NCBI GenBank assembly: GCA_964016885.1
Contig: OZ024741.1
Span: 390,414,001-390,478,000, forward strand
DNA: 64,000 nucleotides
Reading direction: 5' to 3'
Source: Eledone cirrhosa
Lineage: Eukaryota
Below the pieces are notes generated by a model, which was not told the origin of the DNA, did no database searches, and was given only the letters and a program-made list of their open reading frames with translations. Both the position numbers and the translations under genes were made by a program. This document shows, one piece after another, positions 57,591 through 64,000 of this stretch (the stretch's first letter is position 1; each line of letters opens with the position of its first letter).

Positions 57591-59034
57591 TTAAATCAAT
57601 ATGCAGCTTACAAGAAATTTTGGGAATATATTTGCCTTAAGTATCCCTTTGGAGTGATACTATTCTAGTTATTAATCTTGATTCAATCTGGAGCAGAAAT
57701 TTACTATTCTGTTCTGAGGATAACCTTGCAGATAAAATTCTCTCATTTATATTACCAGAAAATAAAATAACTTACAGAATTGTTGTTTTAACTGAGATAT
57801 ATTTTGAATTAATTTAACAAAATTCTTTTAAAATACTAATTTTTATCAGGAATAAAACAATGTACTAACCAGCACTGAGTCATTAAAAAGTGAAATATAC
57901 AGCCCACGGCCTTGTTAAACCTGTTACAGTTCACAGCTAGCCTCCAATGAAGTTTCTTCTCATAGGTTTCTTAGGTGTTTTAATGATAGGGGCCTTGTCC
58001 TATTATGCTGTTGATACAGCTCACAGCTGTGTAAGTTTAGCCAGTCTCCTACAAGGTTACATCTCATAAACGGTTCCCTAGATGTTTTAATGATTGGCAT
58101 CTCAATTCTATCATGAAAAACAACATGAAATGCTCAAGAACATGTGTCAACTGGTCCAGGAATTGAATCCAAAATCTGATGATCATGAATTCAACACCCT
58201 AACAACTAGACCATGTGCTTCTCACAATGCTTATCTCTAACTTCATTAACAGTAAGAAAATGAGAGAAATTTCCACCTGCCTTTGACACTAATGAATGAT
58301 GGTAACTTTGTCAGAATAGACAACTATTTATTTCCAATACCATTGTGGAATGAGATATACAAAATTAAACCTACTAAAACATCGGCAGTAGATGAAAACT
58401 CACAGCATATGACTTGCTACTCTAATAAAAACTTATTCTCTTAGTTATTTTCACACTCATACACATATACAGAGAAGAAATCAATTGTCAAGATCCCAGA
58501 CCTCATTCGCATACCGAGCAGGGTGGAGCTCATCAAATCACATCAAGGAGGCAATGTTTCCATTGGTCTTTCCATTACTGACACTATCTACTAGTTGCAA
58601 CTCCTGGAAGAATGTGAAATAAAGTGTCTTGCTCAAGGACATAATGCATTGCCCAGTCTGGGAATCAAACTCGCAACCTCATGATTGTGAATCCAATTTT
58701 CTAACCGCTAAGCCACCCGCCTTCACACATACATACACACATGTATATAGTTTGGAATCATTCTGCACAGATACTTAATAATTATGAGATTGAACAGCAT
58801 TATGAATGAATACAATAGAAATACCAAGTGGTTGCCAAGGAAAGCCATCAGTCAACAACATAATAGTAGGCTAAAACAAAAATATATGACATAGCACATT
58901 ATCAAAAACATGAAATTTTTTATTGAAAGCGGCATGATACCTGACAAATTCAGCATTAAATCTGCTTGTACACACAGCAAAAGCAAAATAACATACTCAC
59001 AACAGATATTCACCCAATTTATACCACACCTCAT

Positions 59035-59178
59035 CGCCTAATGGTAAGTGTGTTGGACTTATGATCATAAATGTTGTGGGTTTAATCCCTGGATTGAGTT
59101 GTGTGTTGTGTACTTCAGCAAAACACTTTATTTCACATTGCTCCAGTATACTCAGCTGAAAATGCATACCCGCAGTAG
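59035..59178 (+). mobile_element. 5' half of a tRNA-derived SINE; its 3' half appears to resume at about 63882-63990
   Basis: A-box-like gcctaatggtaag and B-box-like gggtttaatccc; similar to 54060-54210; inverted relatives at 58500-58725 and 47085-47295. Confidence 0.65.
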
Positions 59179-59194
59179 CTAGCAGTTTAAACCT

Positions 59195-59262
59195 ACCCGC
59201 TACTTCGAAGGCATGTGGCGGTCAAATGCCTAACACACACAACCATCATGCGGCCCCCCCCC

Positions 59263-59302
<40 letters not shown>

Positions 59303-60103
59303 GATAGGAATTCACTTCGCCAAATTTCATTGCTTTGCTGTCTACTCCACGATATTCATGTAACGTAATGTACATATTTTCCTTCATCTCTACCTCCACA
59401 AATCCTAGCGTATTTTCAAAACAATCCATATTTCGTATCAAGTCCAAATAGCCAATCTATCGCTAAAACAATCTACATTTTTTGAATTTATTAATTGTTA
59501 AATACGAAAGTTTTTGGTCGTATTGAACAGAACAAATTTTGTATTTTTGTTAATCGCTTGTTAAATGCAAGGACCCCATTCAATCATTACCTTCTATCTA
59601 GCGTATTTTCAAACCTCAATCCCTAATTCTAGCGTATTTTCAAAACAAAAAAACAAAATCCTTTCCTTCTTCCTTCTTTCGAAACCCCCGCTTACTCGAC
59701 CCCCCCACCCGCTACTTCGAAGGCATTTGGCGGTCAAACGCCTAACACACACAACCATCATGCGCCCCCCCCCCTCTCTCTCTCTCTATATATATATATA
59801 TATGATAGGAATTCACTTCGCCAAATTTCATTGCTTTGCTGTCTACCCCACGATATTCATGTAACATAATGTACATATTTTCCTTCATCTCTACCTCCAC
59901 AAATCCTAGCGTATTTTCAAAACAATCCATATTTCGTATCAAGTCCAAATAGCCAATCTATCGCTAAAACAATCTACATTTTTTGTATTTATTAATTGTT
60001 AAATACGAAAGTTTTTGGTCGTATTGAACAGAACAAATTTTGTATTTTTGTTAATCGCTTGTTAAATGCAAGGACCCCATTCAATCATTACCTTCTATCT
60101 AGC
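59195..60103. repeat. Tandem duplication of an about 400-bp unit (period 512 bp) containing a stem-loop and (CT)n(AT)n; possibly Helitron-like
   Basis: 59195-59602 near-identical to 59707-60103. Confidence 0.85.
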
Positions 60104-60126
60104 TACCCAACACCCCTCCTGCCCGT

Positions 60127-60221
60127 CCCCACGCACCACCATTGCTATTACGTGGACCAATCATAAGCCAGAGCCCCCACGCATCACCAGTATTATTACG
60201 CGGACCAATCAGAAGCCAGAG
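60127..60221 (+). promoter_or_regulatory. Two 48-bp repeats, each with GGACCAATCA (CCAAT/NF-Y-like box)
   Basis: CCAAT at 60157 and 60205, just upstream of the LINE; function inferred only. Confidence 0.35.
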
Positions 60222-60266
60222 GCCTATACTATCGCTTGCCTGGTTGCCTTTCGATATATGATGGAT

Positions 60267-63200
60267 GGATGGACTGCGGAATCCTGGAGAGTGGAGGAGA
60301 GAGAGAGAAAAATCTGGACGCTCAGTGACAATGCCAAAGATAAAGACAAATTCACCTCTTGGACGAGAATGCGAGCACTCCTCATTGCTTCGACCGCGGA
60401 CGGCTAACATAACCCCACCCCCCACCCCAACCCCCAAACGCAATCCAAAACTTCAGAGTTGGTACCATAAATGTAGGCACCCTAAAGGGTCGCGCTAACG
60501 AGGTTGTAGAAATGCTTGAACGTAAGGAGGTCGATGTTTGTTGTATTCAAGAGACCAGGTGGAGGGGTGGGTCTGCTAGGTTCATTGAGGGTAAAAAACG
60601 ATGTTATAAGCTTTTCTGGGTGGGAAACGACGATGGGCTGGGTGGAGTAGGAATCATGGTAGCAGAAAAGTGGGCAGATAAGATAATAGACGTAAATAGA
60701 GTGAACGACAGAATAATTAAAATACGACTTGTCCTCAATAGAACTACGGTGACAGTAATATCTGCGTACGCACCCCAATCCGGACTGCCCGGCACTATAA
60801 AAGACAGATTCTATGAGACACTGATGCTAACTACCTCCCAAATATCCGACAGTGACTATATAATTATCGCAGGCGACCTAAATGGTCACGTTGGACAACA
60901 TTGTGACGGCTACGACGAAATCCATGGAGGCTATGGGTTTGGTACTAGAAATGAGGAAGGCTCCAGAATCCTGGAATTCTGTGATGCAAATAACCTAACT
61001 ATCTGTAACACTAACTTCAAAAAATGTGACAATCACCTGATCACCTATAGATCCGGGGAACACACAAGCCAGGTAGATTATATCCTTACCAGAAGACGTG
61101 ACAGAGTGTCTGTTGTAAACACTAAATCCCTCCCCCATGAAGAATGCACCTCCCAACATAGACTGATAATTAGCGACCTCATAGTCAGGACGAGACGTAC
61201 TCGACAGCAGAAGAGGACTATCCTCAGGAGAAAAATATGGAAGCTAAAGGACCCCACAGCCAGGAATAAATTTCAAAGCATATTACTTGATGCTTTCGAC
61301 AGTAAGGAAGAACATTTAGAGTCGGACAATATAGAGGGAGAGTGGGAATTTCTGAAAGCAAACCTGCTGTTGGCGACAGACGAAGTCTGTGGCTGGAGCA
61401 GGCCTGTAGGCAGGAGGAGAGTAACATGGTGGTGGAACAGTAAGGTGGAGGGGTCAATTAAGGCCAAAAAGCAGGCTTGGAAAGTATGGCGGGATGGGGG
61501 AAGTAGAGAAGACTATCAAGTGGCCAGGAGGGAAGCTAGGAGACAAGTGTACTTAGCAAGAAGGGAAGCTGAGGAAAGAAAGTTCAAGCATGTTCTACAA
61601 CGCGATGACCAAAAACGTGAGGTGTTCAGGATTGCTAGGCAATGCGTCAAGGAAAACCGTGATATTGTCGGGGAGAAGTGTGTACTAAACGACGATGGCA
61701 CACTTGCCATCACCGACGCTGATAAGAAGGTAGCTTGGAAGTGTCACTATGAAAGGCTACTAAATGAGGAGAATAAATGGGAGAAAGACAGTCTCCCCCA
61801 TATCGACCCAATAGAGGGACCAGCAGTGTTAGTCGAGGGGAGTATAATAAGTAAGGCAATCAAGGATATGAAGACGGGTAAGGCGGCTGGGCCTTCGGAA
61901 ATAGTTGCTGAGATGCTGAAGGCATCTGGCACGGTGGGACACACCATGGTCACCCGCATAGTTAACCAAGTCGTACAGAATGGGGTTGTTCCGAAGGACT
62001 GGCATAGCAGCATCATCGTTAACTGTTATAAGGGTAAAGGAGACGCCCTAGATAGGAGTAACTATAGAGGCATTAAATTAATCGACCAGGTCATGAAGGT
62101 CACGGAAAAAGTAATAGCGCAACTAATCAGAGAGAGAATTGACCTAGATGAAATGCAGTTCGGGTTTGTGTCAGGCAAAAGTACCACAGACGCTCTTTTC
62201 ATAGTACGACAACTACAGGAGAAGTACCTAGCTAAAGGTAAACCCCTCTACTTAGCTTTTGTCGACTTGGAGAAAGCCTTCGACAGAGTCCCCCGCTCCA
62301 TTATCTGGTGGGCTCTTAGAAAACTAGGCGTTGACGAATGGCTTGTGAGGGCTATACAAGCCATGTATAAAGAAACAGTCAGCAAGGTTAGAATTAACAA
62401 CGAATATAGTGAAGAGTTTAGCGTAAAAGTTGGCGTCCATCAGGGCTCTGTTCTCAGCCCCCTACTATTTATTATTGCCCTTCAGGCTATAACAGAGGAG
62501 TTCAAGACAGGCTGCCCATGGGAACTCCTATACGCAGACGACCTGACACTCATAGCGGAATCAATGGCCGAGCTAGAGAAGAAATTCCAAACATGGAAGC
62601 ACGGCCTAGAGTCAAAAGGACTTAAAATTAACCTGGCTAAGACCAAAGTACTAGTTTGTAGGAAAGAAAACAAGGCGGCGGTCCCTTCTGGGAAATGGTC
62701 GTGCTCGGTATGTAGGAAAGGCGTAGGTAGAAACTCCATTTTATGTCCTAAATGCAAAGTATGGGTGCATAAAAGATGTAGTGGGATCACAGGTAAGCTA
62801 ACTAAGAACATAGATTTTACATGTGGCCGGTGTTCTGGTGCAATAAGTAGCAGCAAGTGCCCACAAAATACTAGCTCTTTCAATTGCGCAGAGGGTTCTA
62901 TAGAAATAGTGGACAGCTTCCGTTACCTGGGCGATAAAATCAGCAGTGGGGGAGGGTGCTCTGAAAGTACTGTAGCTAGAGTCAGAACTGGTTGGAAAAA
63001 GTTCAGAGAGCTTATACCACTATTAGCTGCTAAAGGGTTCTCCCTAAAAATGAAAGGCAGGTTGTACGATGCCTGCATACGAACAGCAATGCTGCATGGC
63101 AGTGAGACCTGGGCATTGTGTGCAGAGGATATACGCAGACTAGAGAGGAACGAAGCTTGCATGCTCCGCTGGATGTGTAACAGTAATATACGTGAACGGC

Positions 63201-63881
63201 AAAGCATAAACGAACTAAGGAAAAAATTAGAGATAAGAGGGATCAGATGTTGTTTACTCGAGAGAAGGCTACGTTGGTATGGACACGTGATGCGCATGAA
63301 AGTCGATAGCTGTATAACAAAGTGCAGGGCAATAAAGATAGACGGTAGTCACGGAATAGGCAGACCTAGAAAAACCTGGGACGAGCTGATAAACTCCGAC
63401 ATCACACACTTACACCTCTCCAAGACAATGTCACTGGACCGAGACCTTTGGCGGTACTCAGTAACAGAGAAGACCCGCCTTACCTAAATATATAGTAAAA
63501 CCTACTCCAGCCAGTAGGCATCTCTAACAAAATACACCCCGTCCCACCACCACCACCCCCACCCCATCCACACCACCCCGTTCTATGTAAAGTTATGTTG
63601 GTGCCGCGCCATCGAGGCCGAAACAAATGAGATCGTGTAGGTGTCACGACAAAAAAACACACAGTCCACGCTGTAATGTGGCCGTGTAGGCAACACGGTA
63701 AAAACCTCCCAGACCCACACTGTAAATGTGGTTGGTGTTAGGAAGGGCATCCAACTGTAGAAAACCTGCCAGACAGTCCTATGCGAGCAAGACAATCACT
63801 CTTGCCTCAAGTGGGACTACCCCCGTCCAAACCCATGCATGCATGGAACACGGACGTTAAACGTTGATGATGATGATGATG
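60267..63881 (+). mobile_element. Near full-length young RTE-clade LINE (family A)
   Basis: Intact ORF, 3' UTR and (GAT)n tail; candidate TSD atgatggat at 60258-60266 and 63882-63890; CpGs retained. Confidence 0.93.
60512..63487 (+). CDS. RTE LINE polyprotein: APE endonuclease, reverse transcriptase and inserted PHD-type finger (frame open from 60413)
   Basis: IQETRW, SAYAPQ, GDLNGH, VDYIL, SQHRL (endonuclease); DLEKAFD, GVHQGSVLSP, YADD, FRYLG (RT); RLRWYGHV and GRPRKTW; 991 aa without stops. Confidence 0.97.
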   Translation: MLERKEVDVCCIQETRWRGGSARFIEGKKRCYKLFWVGNDDGLGGVGIMVAEKWADKIIDVNRVNDRIIKIRLVLNRTTVTVISAYAPQSGLPGTIKDRFYETLMLTTSQISDSDYIIIAGDLNGHVGQHCDGYDEIHGGYGFGTRNEEGSRILEFCDANNLTICNTNFKKCDNHLITYRSGEHTSQVDYILTRRRDRVSVVNTKSLPHEECTSQHRLIISDLIVRTRRTRQQKRTILRRKIWKLKDPTARNKFQSILLDAFDSKEEHLESDNIEGEWEFLKANLLLATDEVCGWSRPVGRRRVTWWWNSKVEGSIKAKKQAWKVWRDGGSREDYQVARREARRQVYLARREAEERKFKHVLQRDDQKREVFRIARQCVKENRDIVGEKCVLNDDGTLAITDADKKVAWKCHYERLLNEENKWEKDSLPHIDPIEGPAVLVEGSIISKAIKDMKTGKAAGPSEIVAEMLKASGTVGHTMVTRIVNQVVQNGVVPKDWHSSIIVNCYKGKGDALDRSNYRGIKLIDQVMKVTEKVIAQLIRERIDLDEMQFGFVSGKSTTDALFIVRQLQEKYLAKGKPLYLAFVDLEKAFDRVPRSIIWWALRKLGVDEWLVRAIQAMYKETVSKVRINNEYSEEFSVKVGVHQGSVLSPLLFIIALQAITEEFKTGCPWELLYADDLTLIAESMAELEKKFQTWKHGLESKGLKINLAKTKVLVCRKENKAAVPSGKWSCSVCRKGVGRNSILCPKCKVWVHKRCSGITGKLTKNIDFTCGRCSGAISSSKCPQNTSSFNCAEGSIEIVDSFRYLGDKISSGGGCSESTVARVRTGWKKFRELIPLLAAKGFSLKMKGRLYDACIRTAMLHGSETWALCAEDIRRLERNEACMLRWMCNSNIRERQSINELRKKLEIRGIRCCLLERRLRWYGHVMRMKVDSCITKCRAIKIDGSHGIGRPRKTWDELINSDITHLHLSKTMSLDRDLWRYSVTEKTRLT

Positions 63882-64000
63882 ATGATGGATTGACGTCCTG
63901 CCCAGAGGGGAGTCATCTACTGTCACTCGGTTCATGCCATAGAAACTGGGATAGGTACTGGCATGATCAGCCTCCAGGTATGAAACAGGCTCTGCTTTTA

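Noticed and set aside
59035-59100. tRNA genes at A/B-box-like motifs (also near 26155 and 54060)
   Set aside because: No cloverleaf; they continue into SINE bodies
60267-60410. HDV-like ribozyme at the RTE 5' end, as known for some RTEs
   Set aside because: Could not build the nested double pseudoknot by eye; the copy may be slightly 5'-truncated

Overview
AT-rich animal genomic DNA. The repeat families and microsatellite load suggest a cephalopod such as Octopus (inference). Most of the window appears to be introns of one minus-strand host gene of unrecognised family, with exon candidates at 55369-55575, 22439-22695 and 2940-3139 and a possible micro-exon at 29983-30036. The introns are packed with transposon relics: many RTE-clade LINE fragments, a Tx1/L1-like LINE, Penelope-like and CRE-like relics, two mariners, tRNA-derived SINEs and MITEs. 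An 11.6 kb (TA)/(TACA) array at 34085-45700 explains all the long Y/I/H/C/M-rich ORFs, which are artefacts. The only intact large ORF belongs to a young RTE LINE (about 60267-63881). Its most interesting features are a C4HC3 PHD-type finger inside the RT, an endonuclease N-terminus upstream of the first ATG, and a 3' UTR built from about 49-nt double-hairpin repeats. Other highlights: repeated insertion of RTE 3' ends into (TA)n, fold-back elements with decayed hammerhead ribozyme motifs, a bipartite non-autonomous RTE with a C2H2 finger, a perfect 45-bp palindrome at a LINE junction, and a possible dual-frame terminal exon. All calls were made by eye, without database searches.
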